63,073 nt of DNA, filler included, from Diploschistes diacapsis (GCA_023645945.1; 24 parts of 24 records of this genome joined end to end with filler, not necessarily neighbours in it), one strand, 5' to 3'; positions 38,901 to 52,120 are shown, numbered from the whole stretch's first letter. Numbers and translations are program-made. The notes: a model not told the origin generated them from the sequence alone.

Positions 38901-40140
38901 ACGTACTGGTACCGCTCACTCGCTCAACTCAACTCATTCACCCAACTTTCTTACTCATTCTTGCCACTTGCCCACTCCCCAATCACCAACCAATCAGGCC
39001 ACCCTCCCTCTCACACAGAAGTCGCTAGTCGCCACTCTCGCATCACGCAAAATTCAAAAACTCGCATCCTCGTGCGACGCCTGCGACGCCTGCGACCTGC
39101 AATCCACAACCCACACAACCCACAACCCAACACCCCCCGCAACCCACACTGCCCTGCCACACCACCCACTGCCACATCCACTCCCCACCGCCTCGTTCTC
39201 TGCTGCTTACCTTGCCTGCCCTGCTTTGCTTTGCTCCTCCTTGCTGCAACGTACTGTACCCGCTCTGCTACTGTAGTAGTAGTAAGTCTGTATCTTGCCA
39301 ATGTTGCGTAGCAGTCATCACATACCAGCAAGCCCATTCCTTTTTCCTCCCAAAAACCGCTCTCTCTTCACTCCGTCAGTCCATCATTGGACAGCACCTC
39401 TTTAACACTTTGCCGCACAAGAAACCCGCAAACCCACAAACCCATAACCTTACCGAACTTCCCAAATACCACGTCCTGGGCCCAAAAATCGAATTCGCCC
39501 CGCGCGTTCTGCCCTTGCCACCTCGTCCACCTCGTCCACCTTGTCCACCTTGTCTCTCGACCCGCCCGCGATTAGAAGTCGTCCAACTTCTTTCCATCAC
39601 TTCCTTCTCCCAAACCAAACCTTATTGGGAAACAAGCGTGCAAAGGTTGTGCGCGTGTTGGTGAGAACTGGAGAAAAGAAAAGCCTACTGCAGGCTGACC
39701 AAGCTCATAATCTCTCAACCTCCTCGAGCACTTCCGTATACAAGTCTACTCACCACTCATCCGCCAACCATCCTCGCCTCTCCCAACCATCGTGCCCCTC
39801 TTCCACTTGATCTATCTATAGCTTCAATTTCTCTTCCTTCTTTACGCCCCACTACAACGCTCCTTGATCTCTTGCGATTTGTTTTATCCAACGACTTTTG
39901 TTACTTCCTGGACACCTGGGCGGGTTGCCCTTGTTGACACACACCTGCTCTCACCTGCTTCGACTTATCTGGACTGGGCTTTTCCCAATACAAAGGCATC
40001 CATCTGGCCGTTAATCTTCACGATCCTAGGTGAACGTCCTACCGCATGTGCTGGATTGCCCATAGAAGAAAGATTCCAGCTGTTTGCTGTTTTTTCTTCT
40101 TTTCTGTCTGCGCAATTGACCGGCCGTGATTTTTCTGATT

Positions 40141-41488
40141 ATGCTCCCTACCCCTCCACCGTCTCCATTGCTAGGAACATGCGCACCCGAAGATCGATTG
40201 GGTTTCCGACTGGCAGGGACGCTTGAGCTCACGGGAATCCTTGGAGTCGGTGCCTACGGTGTCGTGTACACCGCTCGAGATATCTTGACGGGACTCGACT
40301 ATGCAGTGAAAGCGCTGAACAAGCTCGGTTTGGACTCTCGGCAGCGGCGCTTCCAGCAGAGGGAAATCCAGCTCCACCACGAGGCAAGCCACCACCCCAA
40401 TGTGGTTTCCTTGGTCAAGATCATGGATTCCGAAGACTGCACTTATGTAGTGTTGGAGTACTGCCCGGAAGGAGATCTGTTCTCCAGTATCACCGAGCGA
40501 TGTTTCTACATGGGCGACGATGAATTGGTAAAGCATGCATTCCTCCAGATCCTGGATGCTGTGACCTTTTGCCATTCCAAAGGGATTTACCACAGGGATC
40601 TTAAGCCCGAGAACATCCTGATCACCGACGGAGGCCATACCATCAAATTGGCGGACTTTGGTCTCGCCACGAGGGATCCAATCACCTCGGATTTTGGATG
40701 TGGATCGACCTTTTACATGTCGCCAGGTATGCACGAAGCGGCCCTAGTTTCTCTCGATCTGTTTCTCGATCAACTAATATTCTGTAGAATGCCAATCGTC
40801 ATCGCCCATGTCGCAGCCATTCTATGCATCCGAACCCAATGATGTTTGGAGCCTCGGCGTGATTTTGGTGAACCTGGCCTGCGGTCGGAATCCCTGGAAA
40901 CGGGCCTCTGGTGACGATGCTACCTTCCGCGCCTATCTCCAGGATCCCCATTTCCTTTCTTCTATTTTGCCCATTTCTTCCGAGCTGGAAGGCATCCTGA
41001 GGCGCATCTTCGAATGCAACCCTGCCAAGAGAATCAACCTTCCCGAGTTGAGGCAACTTATTCTTCAGTGTGAGTTCTTTAGCGCCCGGCCGGAGGCTCC
41101 GCAAACTCCACCACGGGAAGACTTCAAGACCTCGGCCTATGGATCTCCCGTCGTCGTTCACCCGGATGACATCCCCTATGAGACGTTCTTCACTCCTCCC
41201 CCCTCCCCCCCGACCGCAGAACTTTTTGCGCAAACCGCGTGCGAGAGCTTCTGCCCCGATGTTATGATGGATCTTGACTCTGATTACGATTCCGATGATG
41301 ATTCCGTTTTCTCCAGCACTTCCTCCGTTTCCGAATTTGATGAGCCTAATTGCCCGCCTTCCCACGCCGACGTGAATGTCGGCCGGGCAAACTTCTATTG
41401 CATCCCAACCGTGGACCCGTGGAACAAGCCGCCGGCTCCTTACTCCCATCTACATCCCCTGAGTGCTCCTTCGATACAAGTCTATTAG
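40141..41488 (+). CDS. ran1: Ran1/Pat1-like (Sks1/Vhs1 group) Ser/Thr protein kinase
   Basis: Exons 40141-40726 and 40788-41488. MLPTPPPSP start, GVGAYGVV, AVK, HRDLKPEN, DFG, FGCGSTFYMSPE, DVWSLGVILVNLACGRNPWKRA. Confidence 0.92.
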
Positions 41489-43770
41489 GCACGGAGCTGG
41501 CCCGGGACTACCATAAGCTTTTAATTCTTCGATGTATATCTTCAACCTCTGGGATGCTACGCGTACATACACCCTTCGACCGTTCTGGCCTCTCTTTTCA
41601 AACCAAAGACGGACCAGCGTTCTCTAATTTCTTGGATTTGCCTGCAGACTTTGGAAGCGATGACGCCGTTGCCTATTCGCTCAGGGAGCTTTTCCTTTTT
41701 ACCTTTGCAGTGTACCGATCGATATTGTAGTTTTAGCGTTGCTACGAGGCTTGATGCGACATTTTACGAGGACTATGTTTCACCCGCGGTGCCAGTATTG
41801 GACTGGTCGGTTACAATTCGCTTGCTTGGGAGGGAGAAAAGGGGGGGAGTTGGCGGCATCGTGCTATTTCGAAAGATATACCCGTCTCGCGACAATATAT
41901 GCATGGAGCAGCTGGACGATTAGAGCGCTGGACGAGCAGATGGCTGACTGCTTGAGTTATTAGGGGTAGATAGAACAACCGAGGCCACGGAGCTGGAAGG
42001 TTTCTGCAATGGAATGCAACCCGGACCATTGGTCTACCCACATTGGATCATTGTTGACTAAGTTTTGCATTTGTGATTATTGAAGCTTTTTCCGATCCCG
42101 GACACTGCACTGGCACGTTCTCGCCTCGGCAATTTGAGCATCTCATGGCCATTCCACCAAAGACTGAGGACATTGGTTGTAGGTGTCACTCTATTGTGCC
42201 TCATTCTAGGTTTCTTGAGCAGCGGCCAACTGGACCAACAATGCTTTGGTCGAGATTTGCTGCACAAACCACCACCCGGTGCAAGCAAACGAACGGGCAA
42301 CAATAGCATCGACTTTTCTACCTATAGTAAAAAGGTATTAGGTCTAGACAGCGCAGAAACACCCTTCAGAACCATGATCCGCTATCCATCAGGCCTCCTT
42401 TGTCTCCCAGCAGTTCTCCTCTGCGTAAAAGATTGTTGATTACCAGTTGCCCATGGTAGATCCCCCTAGCCCAGGACGGGAAAATCAATAAATGCTCAGG
42501 CCCCAAAGGTGACGTAAAGGAAGGAAAGGGGGGGGGGGCATGCAGCGTGACGGGTTGCCTGGCTTGAGCAGGTAAACTCCCTATCTACTACCCATCTGCT
42601 ATCTATCTATCTACCTACCATAACATGGGGTGGTTGATCCATGATCCATGGTGGCCAGATAACCTAACTTCTATGGGCATAGGCATCTATCTCCGTCTGT
42701 GGCTAGGGCTTACTGTGCTGGCCACGTACTCGCCTAGCTTCCTAGCATATTGATCGAGGAAAGAGAGAGAGAAAGCGGAATCCGGGGGCTCTAGGCAGCA
42801 CAACCGTGGCAGTGCCTGCTGGGAGGCCCAAGCACGAACTTGCTCACTTATCCAAGTCGTTATATCTGACGGGGGCTAATACACGTACGTAACAAGATTG
42901 GTATCGCTGGCATATTTATCCGCACCTCTTGTGCTTCCCACCAGGTTCTGACGGGATACGACAATGGCCCGATTCGACCAAAAAGCAAAAGAAAAGGGGG
43001 GGGCGGGGGAGGGTTGAAGCGAGGTTTTCGAGAAGTTGTTCTGGAAACTGTTCTTGGTACGGGGGATGTATGTGGTGGGAAGATCAGACCCTACATTTAC
43101 GCAAGCGCAGTGCACAGGTAGCAGGAATGCAGGCCTGGATGGGGAGAATGGGGTTCTGCCCAAGTTGACGACGGCCCTCAAACATTGCTCTTGGCTCTTG
43201 GGACCCGACGAGATGTATCTACCACATACGCACGTACTCTGGTGCAGCGAACCTTCTTCCACTATCGCTTACTCTTGCTATCATTAATGAATGTCCTGTC
43301 TGAGCCCTCCTATTGGCGAACCGCTGGCTGGTTGGTTGGCTTCGTATAAAGCATGAATGCAGCAACCTAAGTCTCGGCTGCACCCAATGCTCACCCCAAA
43401 GTAGGTACTTGGTTTCGTCGATCTGGCATGCATGCGCTCTGTGCTGCAGTATTGTATCAGCCCGACCTCATGAAGCGCCGACTAGATTAACGGAGGCAGT
43501 AGTATGGAGAATGTGAATATGGCCCCATAATAGACCCCCTGCACTACCTTACCTACCCTCCGTCGTTAAAATCTGCTATCCACCTTCTGAACAACCCTGC
43601 AAAATTTTCACTTCTACCAGGATGGATTCTAACTGTGTATATATCCCAACGTGGGTGGGGCCTTGATATCCACCAGTCCACCAACCACATCCCAATGCCG
43701 GAAGATTCCTTCCATCTTACACCGAATCAGTTACGAGTCATTCACTCACTCAGGCCTCGCCTGCGATATA

Positions 43771-43877
43771 CAGTACTAGGTCAAAAGTAGTTAGGTACAC
43801 CATAAGCGGCAGTAAAGAGTTGACTTGTTTATTTACTGCCGCTTATGGTGTACCTAACTACTTTTGGCACCTGACTG
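43771..43877. mobile_element. 107-bp Tc1/mariner-type MITE
   Basis: TA|CAGT..ACTG|TA. Perfect 35-bp inverted arms 43782-43816 and 43832-43866 around a 15-nt loop. Confidence 0.75.
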
Positions 43878-45492
43878 TACATGTGTTTATTGCATGAAGA
43901 CCTGCCGTCGATCAGCCCGGCGCTGCCCCCATCACCACTGCAACTTGTCAAGCGATCAACAACGACAACAGCACCAGGTTTCTCCACGGGCATGAGCGAA
44001 AATAACCCTGTCGATCAATGGAGCCTTTTTTTTGCAAGACGCCGTTTGCCTACAGTTGTAGCACCTTAGCTAGCCACAAACAATCACAGGCCTGTAGCTG
44101 GTCCCAGGTTCCAAGAGCGACTACGTGCCGTCTTTGGCGCCGCTTACGGACCGAATGCAGCTACCTGCCTAACCTATTCTGCATGCAGATCGAGCTTGTA
44201 ACTTGCGAGGCCGTCCTGGCTGGCTGGGACGGGGGCCATGCCGAATGCCTTTGCTACTGGAATCATGGGGGAGGGACATTACATGGGTGGCTAAACTAAA
44301 AAACCTACTGTGGTTAATCGTCCTTCTTCACCGCCTTGTTGTTGTTGTTGTCGTATGTTTCTGTCTTCTGTTCTCTGTTTATGAAGGTTGTCACACAACT
44401 CGCGCTTTCAGTTGTTCAATGTTGTACAAGATGCAGCGGATGTAACCCATCGACTCAAGATTACCTTGACATGCGCATATCCACATCAAGTTCCTGCTTG
44501 AGAGCCGGTCTTACTTGGACTTCTCGCGGCATTGTTTCATCTCGTTTCACGCAGAGCATCCAGAATTCAGTCATGTCGGACAATCTGCAAGCCTTTCTGG
44601 CCGATCAGAGTAACTTCTGCTGCATGCACCTTGCACTGTAGCAGTTGCTCTTGACGCGAATGCCGTACTCATGACACTATTCGGTTGGCTGGGCGTTTGT
44701 TGTCGACGGTGCCCGCTGCTGCTCCCTCGGGAAGACATGTGCGAGTCGAGTTGCTGGATGTGTGTACGCCTCGGTCAGCTTTCTACGCCGAAAAGGATCC
44801 CAGCGATTCGCTCGACAAGGAACCACTGTTCGACAGCAAGGCAAGCCCCGAGAAGGGTACTGTAATACGGAACAAATGGAGCCATGACCTGTTTAATAAG
44901 AAAAAATCTTGAGAGTGGCTGCATTGCCTCACGGGACCAGGTCCTGATCTCTTCGTGGATAATCTGTGCTTCTGGGCCGTTGCAAGTGCATGGCTGCGTA
45001 CTTGCAAGACCTAGTAATGTACTTCCAATAGCCGACAGCAATGCACCCCTAGGGATTCTTCATGGAGAGATCATGGCCTGTCACTTATACCCAAGAGGTC
45101 CAATAAACACCGCTTCAGAGCGGAACGAGGGAAGGCAGCCACAATGAAGCGGGCAATCGCGCTGGTCCATCTCCCGTGCTGTTCGCTCCGTCCTCGCGGG
45201 CACTGGTGGGAGAGGGACTCCTGAGTGACCTTCCGCCTTCCTAAGACCAGTCTCAGATATATTCCATGGCAGGACGTCGCGACTCAGAAGCCTTTCGGTA
45301 TGTTAGCAGCACTTCGTTCTTTCGGCTCTCACAGCGGGTGCCCAGTCGCGACCCATCGTTGTGCTCCTCGAGAGTCTGCTTCCGTCAGCAACATGCTCTC
45401 GAGCAACGTCCTTTCCTCGGTCTTCTTGGTTGTCTCGGCAAATTTTTCTGAATCCTCAGAGAAGCGCCGCCAAGTGAATCTGCCAGAGGAGG

Positions 45493-45672
45493 TTGACGCC
45501 ACCCGGTTTTGCCGCTTCGTCTGACGGTCTTCGCCTTTTGCATATCTGAGGTTGAAGGAAAGGATGAGATAAGCCTGAACAGATGCTCCAAGTGTGGTAA
45601 TATGGCATCCATGGCCCATTGGAGAATTTCGTTCGGGATACCGTCAGTTCGAGTGGCTTTGCCAGGCCTCAA
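45493..45672 (-). mobile_element. LINE (Tad1-like) reverse transcriptase relic
   Basis: GKATRTDGIPNEILQWAMDAILPHLEHLF..KAKTV..GK matches non-LTR RT domain 0/1 (KAPGPDGIPN..L..LF..KKAKTV..KPGK). Confidence 0.7.
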
Positions 45673-46809
45673 CCCTAATCCAGACGACGAATCTTATTGT
45701 ACGAGTCATCGCAAGATATCAACTCTCCGTTTCCTATAGGAAAAACCCCCCTTTCGAAGACAAATACCCAAATCGATAAAGAAAGTACTTCAGCTGCGCT
45801 CATGCAGATGTACTCCTTAGCCTATTTTGGGGAAAAGTTCTCAAAAAAGGGGGAAGCGGGAGTGTACCACCTATCGGACAGGTGGAGACAAGAGCAATAA
45901 GATTCGTCACCCGGTTAGAATTGGAATCTGGCAAAGCCGCTGCTGGAACGGGGCGGTATGCCAAACGAAACTTTCAAGTTGGGTCTTGAACATCATGTTA
46001 GTACATTTAGAGCATCTGTTCAGGGCTTTCCTGTCCTTTCTATTAAGTCTACCACCCGCTTCGTCGCTTGATCTTATCACATGTCTATCATCTACTGTAT
46101 CTACCCACCCTCACTCTCGATGCCTGCCGTCCGAACTCCTCACTCTTCCTTCAATGCCCCGTTTAAAGCTCCAGCCCCTGTCCCCCATCATCTGCTGTCC
46201 CCTTGACCATTTCTTCTCTAAGCTGTCTTCTATGACCTCGGTCTCACCATCACCATCATGTCTATATGTGCGCTCTGCTAGGCACATGGCAACGCAAATA
46301 CCCTCTACTACTGACGGCATATCCCAACCCTTGCCACCAGCTCCAGGAATAAACTACCGAAAAACGGGCTTCTATTTCTTTGAACCCCCCCACTCTGCGG
46401 TAGCAACAGCAGCACACTCCATCGAATCTCCACATCGTCCCAACCCCTCCATGCACCTCTCCACCGTCTCTCTTTCCTTGCGCCGTGGAAGCCACAGGCT
46501 ACGACATTCTACCAACAAACTCCAGGGCACACGATCGAAAACACGTGAACACAAGTCCCACCTACCCAGCCCTCAGGAACGGCAAGAAGGCAAGGCAGAA
46601 GAAGCAGCAAAACAGAGAAAAACATGAATCTCGCCAACACGAAGCAAAGCAGGGTAAATATATATATATATATATATCGGGGGCAATGCAACCTAGGCCA
46701 GGGAGATAANNNNNNNNNNNNNNNNNNNNNNNNNNNNNNNNNNNNNNNNNNNNTTAATTAATTAANNNNNNNNNNNNNNNNNNNNNNNNNNNNNNNNNNN
46801 NNNNNNNNN

Positions 46810-47452
46810 GAATATATTAGATTATCATATGCCGTAAAGTAGGTCGTATGATACGCATAGTTTTTAAAAGATATTAGATATCTAGAATTTATAAAACCAT
46901 CTTTATTTATTATTAAATTATTAAAAAATAATATTGGTTTCTTAGATCTAATAAAGCACGTAAGGATCAACGATAGATTAAAATATATCGATATTATTTA
47001 TTATTATATACGGGACCTGATTAAACGAGGCCGTATTAATGTTATTTACATACTTATAGACAAGATGGTTGCCGACGGATTAACGAAACCACTAAATTAC
47101 GCCAAGCACGACATATTTATTAAAGAACTTGGACTAGTATAGAAAGCATCCAGCTAGATCAAATAAACATATCGATGGTTCCGCCCGTAAGGGAATATTA
47201 AACAGACAGGCAGAATGCATGGCTGGGAAGTTTAGCTAAACCTCAGGTTTAGGTTCAGTTTAGCTGAACCTCAGGTTCAGGTTCAGTTCAGCTGAACCTA
47301 CTGGGGTTCCTGCTAATCCTAATCGGGAGTAATGCAAGTCTGTAGGGCTTAGTGGATCCCATTGGTATAAGAAGCTTGCATATAGACTCTTCCTTCTAGC
47401 TAGATTACTAGACCTCTAGATATCTAGACTTCAATACATGCGTTGCCCAAAA
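46810..47452 (+). mobile_element. Ty1/copia RNase H and 3' LTR (47196-47452)
   Basis: KYIDIIYYYIRD..DKMVADGLTKPL..ELGLV*. A second, inverted partial LTR lies at 47784-47880. Confidence 0.87.
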
Positions 47453-48620
47453 GAATCTTAAAAAAGATTAGATGTCTTTTATGTTTTTTAAGATTAATTA
47501 TTTAAGAATCGATTATATTTTTTTCGGATCGATTTTAACGTCTTTTTTTTTTATAACGTGTTTTAAGAAGTTAATTTCCGTTTTATAGAATACGTATTTT
47601 TTTAATTCTAAGCGAAGTTTATATTTATTAAATCGTTGAAATACTTCTTTAACTTTTTATTAATAATCCTCGAGTGTACCGTTAAAATAAATTAAAATAT
47701 CGTTTAAATATAAAATAACGTATTCGTTTAAAATATCGCGTAATATGTCGTTTATAAACTTTTATTCGGTAATTAATACGTTATTTTGGGCAACGCATGT
47801 ATTGAAGTCTAGATATCTAGAGGTCTAGTAGTCTAGCCAGAAGGAAGAGTCTACATGCAAGCTTCTTATACCAATGGGATNNNNNNNNNNNNNNNNNNNN
47901 NNNNNNNNNNNNNNNNNNNNNNNNTTAATTAATTAANNNNNNNNNNNNNNNNNNNNNNNNNNNNNNNNNNNNNNNNNNNNCTGCTTGGTTGGTTCGGGCT
48001 TGGCGCTGGGTTCTGCGCCGGAGCCCATGGTGGGGGTGGTTTGCGTGGACCGGGCACGTCGTGTGAGGCGGGAACAATACTCCGTAGCGGCCGATCGGTT
48101 GTTCCTTTTCGACAAGGCTGAGGAGGATTTCACCCGGTTGGCCCAACTGATAGATGATGAAGCGCAGGAGTGTAAGCTACTAGGCCTCTTGTGCGTCGAT
48201 GCTGGACGCAGCGACCGCAGAGTCGCAGCACACAGCAGCATTAAATAAAGAGTTTTCTTTTTCGAAACTGGAAAATCTCATTCAGCACACAAAAAGCCCA
48301 CATTAAGGAGTATATGTATAACTTCCATACAAAACAGTACACGGGTCTGGGTGGGGTCTTACTCATAGTTGCGCCTGCTGACTCAAAGCCTGATAGTTGG
48401 TACTCGGTATACTTCCTCATTCCACATCACCGGAAGAGAAAGGGAGACAAGGGGGAAGCAGAGAAAAAAAAATATTGTGGTCTATGGACCCAAGAAGTAT
48501 GTGCATTACCTGGAGACAGAGGTCGGGCCTCTCAAGGGCCCCTTTGTTGCTTTTGACTCAAGCCTTTCCCTTGGCTTCAGATCCATCACCTCTGCGCGAT
48601 GGCGCTTCACGCGCCATGGT

Positions 48621-48999
48621 TCACCACTCCTGCACTTCCCCGCCCTTGGGCTTCTTCGCGCGGACCACCTTGTCGCAGTTCAACAGGCAAAGCGGATCGA
48701 ATGCTTGCTTGAGCTGCGCGAACACATTAGCCTCGTGTCCCTAATCTCACGCTACAAAGTAGCCCGGTGAGATCTCTAGAGAGCTCTTGCTTGGAAACCT
48801 GACGGAGCTCTGTTCTGGCTCACCTTTCTCATTAGATCCACCGTCGACGCGCCGAGCTCGTGCTCTAGGTAATCCCGCTTGACGAGGCCGACGCCGTGCT
48901 CGCCCGTCACTGTGCCTTCCATTTCGACGGCGCGCTTGACCATCCTGTGCACGACGTCTTCGGCAGTTTTGCGCTCTGAGTCGTTGAAGAGGATTATGG
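48621..48999 (-). CDS. DLD1: D-lactate dehydrogenase (cytochrome), last two exons
   Basis: Exons 48999-48824 and 48713-48621 read VHRMVKRAVEMEGTVTGEHGVGLVKRDYL..MRK|LKQAFDPLCLLNCDKV. GEHGVG is the FAD-oxidase C-terminal motif. Confidence 0.88.
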
Positions 49000-49150
49000 C
49001 TGCCAGAGCGTCAGTTGGGAGAATTGATCTCTAATAAACAGAAAAAAGGGNNNNNNNNNNNNNNNNNNNNNNNNNNNNNNNNNNNNNNNNNNNNTTAATT
49101 AATTAANNNNNNNNNNNNNNNNNNNNNNNNNNNNNNNNNNNNNNNNNNNN

Positions 49151-50220
49151 ATACAATAAAATACTTTCTAGAATAAGACCTTTAGATTTTAATATATCCA
49201 TTACGTTGCCAAATAGGTTATAAACCCGGATTTTATATTTATTTTATTTAATTATTTCGTGTAATTATATATTGGGAATAAGTTTTTTCGATAATTAAAA
49301 CGGTCACGAATGCGGGTACCGATTACGTTAATCTTGATAATCTAAATGGAAAAGATCCGAAATCTTAAGATCTAAATTATAGGATCTTAGGATAAATAGA
49401 TTTAAAAATAGAAAATATATTATTATAAAAGATCGCGGGATCTTATTACGCTGGCCGTAAATAGATTTAAATAAGAAATACTTGGTTCCCGGATTCATTA
49501 TCTATTAAATTAACGAAAATCGATCTCCTCATCTTCTTCCCGACAAGGATCGAAGTTCAGCTGAACCTTACGTTGAACTCCATTGATCTCCTTATCAGTC
49601 TTCGACATCTAGCAGCACTGTTATTTACGCTGCTGGATCTAGTCGAAACCTTCGATAACTATCGAGACCCAGTCTTATCGCCGCTGGACCTGCTCGATGA
49701 CCTCGTCAACGATCGAAGTTCAGCTGAACCAGTGCTGAACCTAGTCGATTCCTCGACAACCTTCGAAATCCAAGCCGAAACGCTATCTCCGCCGCTGGAA
49801 CCTTTCGACCTTCGTCAACATCGACATTCAGCTCTACCATCGCTGAACCTAGTCGATATCTCGTCAATTTCAAAATCTAGCCGGAACGCTATCTCCGCCG
49901 CTAGATCTATTCGATCTTTCGATAATGATCGAGATTCAACCTTATCTATCGTTATAACAACTCGATCCTTTTTGACAATTATCGAAAGTTCAATTGAATT
50001 AATACTAAATTCATTCGATTAAAAAAGACAATAAAATAAAAAACAATCTTATATATAAACGGGTCATTTTTTTAATAATTATTTATAATATTATTATTGA
50101 ATTACGGAATCATTATCGATTACGACGATTAATTAATAAATTAACCGACGAACAAAAAAATTAATAATATATTTAATCTATTAACACGATATAGAAGGTT
50201 CAGATATAAAACTGAATCTA
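49151..50220 (+). mobile_element. Ty1/copia LTR 3' end (to 49215), PBS and repeat-rich leader
   Basis: GTTGCCAAATA|GGTTATAAACCC (RIP'd PBS). Leader homologous to 22700-23100, with imperfect direct repeats at ~49540-49960. Confidence 0.75.
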
Positions 50221-50896
50221 NNNNNNNNNNNNNNNNNNNNNNNNNNNNNNNNNNNNNNNNNNNNTTAATTAATTAANNNNNNNNNNNNNNNNNNNNNNNN
50301 NNNNNNNNNNNNNNNNNNNNACGTTTTAACCGCTGAGTTATAAAATCATATTTAAAAAAACATATATAAATTAGTTTTTATATCTTAATCTTATTATTAT
50401 TTTTTAACTTCCAGTTTATTTATAAAGACGATAAAATAATTAAATACTATAAGTTCTAAAGATTGCCCGTAAATACCGTGTTGTTATTCGGATCTTTAAC
50501 CGTCTTATCTTATCATTTAATTAATCGGTTAAGTATTTTATTTATTCGATAAATTTCTTTTCGGTCAGCTTAAGAGTTTTACGCAATCTCTCTATACGCG
50601 CCTCATACTCGACCAACTGAGAAAAGAGATTTCGTCTTTTTTCTTCTTCTATTATAAACACAAGGCGCGCTGTCTAGGAGACTTCCCTTGCTGTAGTAGG
50701 TAGGTAGTCGTAGATGGTGTAATAGAGGTTTGTAGGGTGATCTCGTAGTCAAAAACATAGCTAGGTATGTCATTTATAAAGTATAGGATATATGAATTGT
50801 CTAGAGCTATCTAACAGGCCTTTTTAAATAAAGCTGCCTTAAAAGGATCATCCTTATAAAATCTGCCGTTTACTTTTATATTTTATATACGATCCC

Positions 50897-51225
50897 TGAA
50901 ACGTCAGCGCAGGAATGGGATATTACACTACCGGGGGCTGGGCCTGATCCGGTGAGATTACGTGTAGCTGGGCATCTGTAGGTAAAAGGTCTCGATTCGA
51001 AAAGTTAGAGAAGAAATTATTTAAATGGAAGGATAGTAAGAATAAATAGTATGTAAGTATCAGTTCTACGGGGTTCGGGTTTTATTCGTTTATATAGCCA
51101 TCCTTTAACATCCTTGGCACGGTTGATACCCGTTATGTAACTTTGCCGTTATATAATTCTGCCGTCACGTGACCCCGGTGGCTCGGCACGCCTGAGTTGA
51201 TTTATCTTATTACCCCTTTCTTTAA
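50897..51225 (-). mobile_element. Family E 3' LTR with PPT
   Basis: Reverse complement of 23735-24031, preceded on the minus strand by AAAGAAAGGGGTAA. Confidence 0.75.
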
Positions 51226-51490
51226 ATGTTTGTGTTTCTTATAAGCGCGATGATGCTTTTTTTAATTAATATTTATTTCGATCTTTATTCTTTTCGCTAA
51301 TTTGTTTAAAAGGATATCCGTTATTTTTTTATAATAGATATTATCGTTTTTTTAAATCTTTTTTAACGGTATTTTTACTTAAATATGCTTNNNNNNNNNN
51401 NNNNNNNNNNNNNNNNNNNNNNNNNNNNNNNNNNTTAATTAATTAANNNNNNNNNNNNNNNNNNNNNNNNNNNNNNNNNNNNNNNNNNNN

Positions 51491-52118
51491 GGTTTAAAAG
51501 ATTTATTTAGAGCTAAATACGAAGAATCTAGATAATAAAGAATTCTGATAAAGGTATAAGAGAATCAGGAGCTTAAAGAAGATATAGTACGGCTTCCTTT
51601 CAAGTTAATAAACGGAATTTTTTATTTCGACGATCTAGAAGCCGGGTATAGACTTTATATATTTACGATATTAAAATAGAGATTTTTTATATAAGTTTAT
51701 AATATAAATAGATATCTAAGTTACGCGCGCTCGTATAAAAGATTAATAAAATAATTCTATATCTAAAATCTAACGAAGAAGTTACGTAAATATATTCGAT
51801 TTTGTTTTTACTATTAGACGAATAAGACGTTTAAGTATAAGCTTTACGGATACTTATAACCTATCTTTTCGTCTATTAGATCATTTTATATATTTATTAT
51901 GGATTTTATATTGATTTTGTCGAAGATTATAATCGAAAATTACGATACCATCATGTCCGTTATTGACAAGTTTATTAAAATAATATCATTTATATTAGGC
52001 AAGAAGAGCTAATTAGCAAGCACCTGGGCGGCAATATTAGTCAATCGTCTGAGATTAATTAATTAAAGGTTGCCGCGCGTCGTTATATCAGATCGAGATT
52101 TAAAGTTTATATCTGATC
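51491..52118 (+). mobile_element. Gypsy integrase relic (RIP'd)
   Basis: KYKLYGYL*PI..IMDFILIL..YDTIMSVIDKF..LPRVVISDRDLKF (rve core). A homologous inverted piece lies at ~52660-53170. Confidence 0.8.
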
Positions 52119-52120
52119 TA

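Noticed and set aside
28095..46709. Starship or other giant mobile element suggested by gene-poor, pseudogene-rich DNA
   Set aside because: No DUF3435 tyrosine recombinase or element boundary was recognised.
19894..49050. BET4 and DLD1 fragments apparently embedded among transposons (gene capture)
   Set aside because: They are separate contigs; the proximity is a concatenation artefact.
49573..50022. 149-aa ORF
   Set aside because: TTG-start frame across copia leader repeats with no Gag motif seen.
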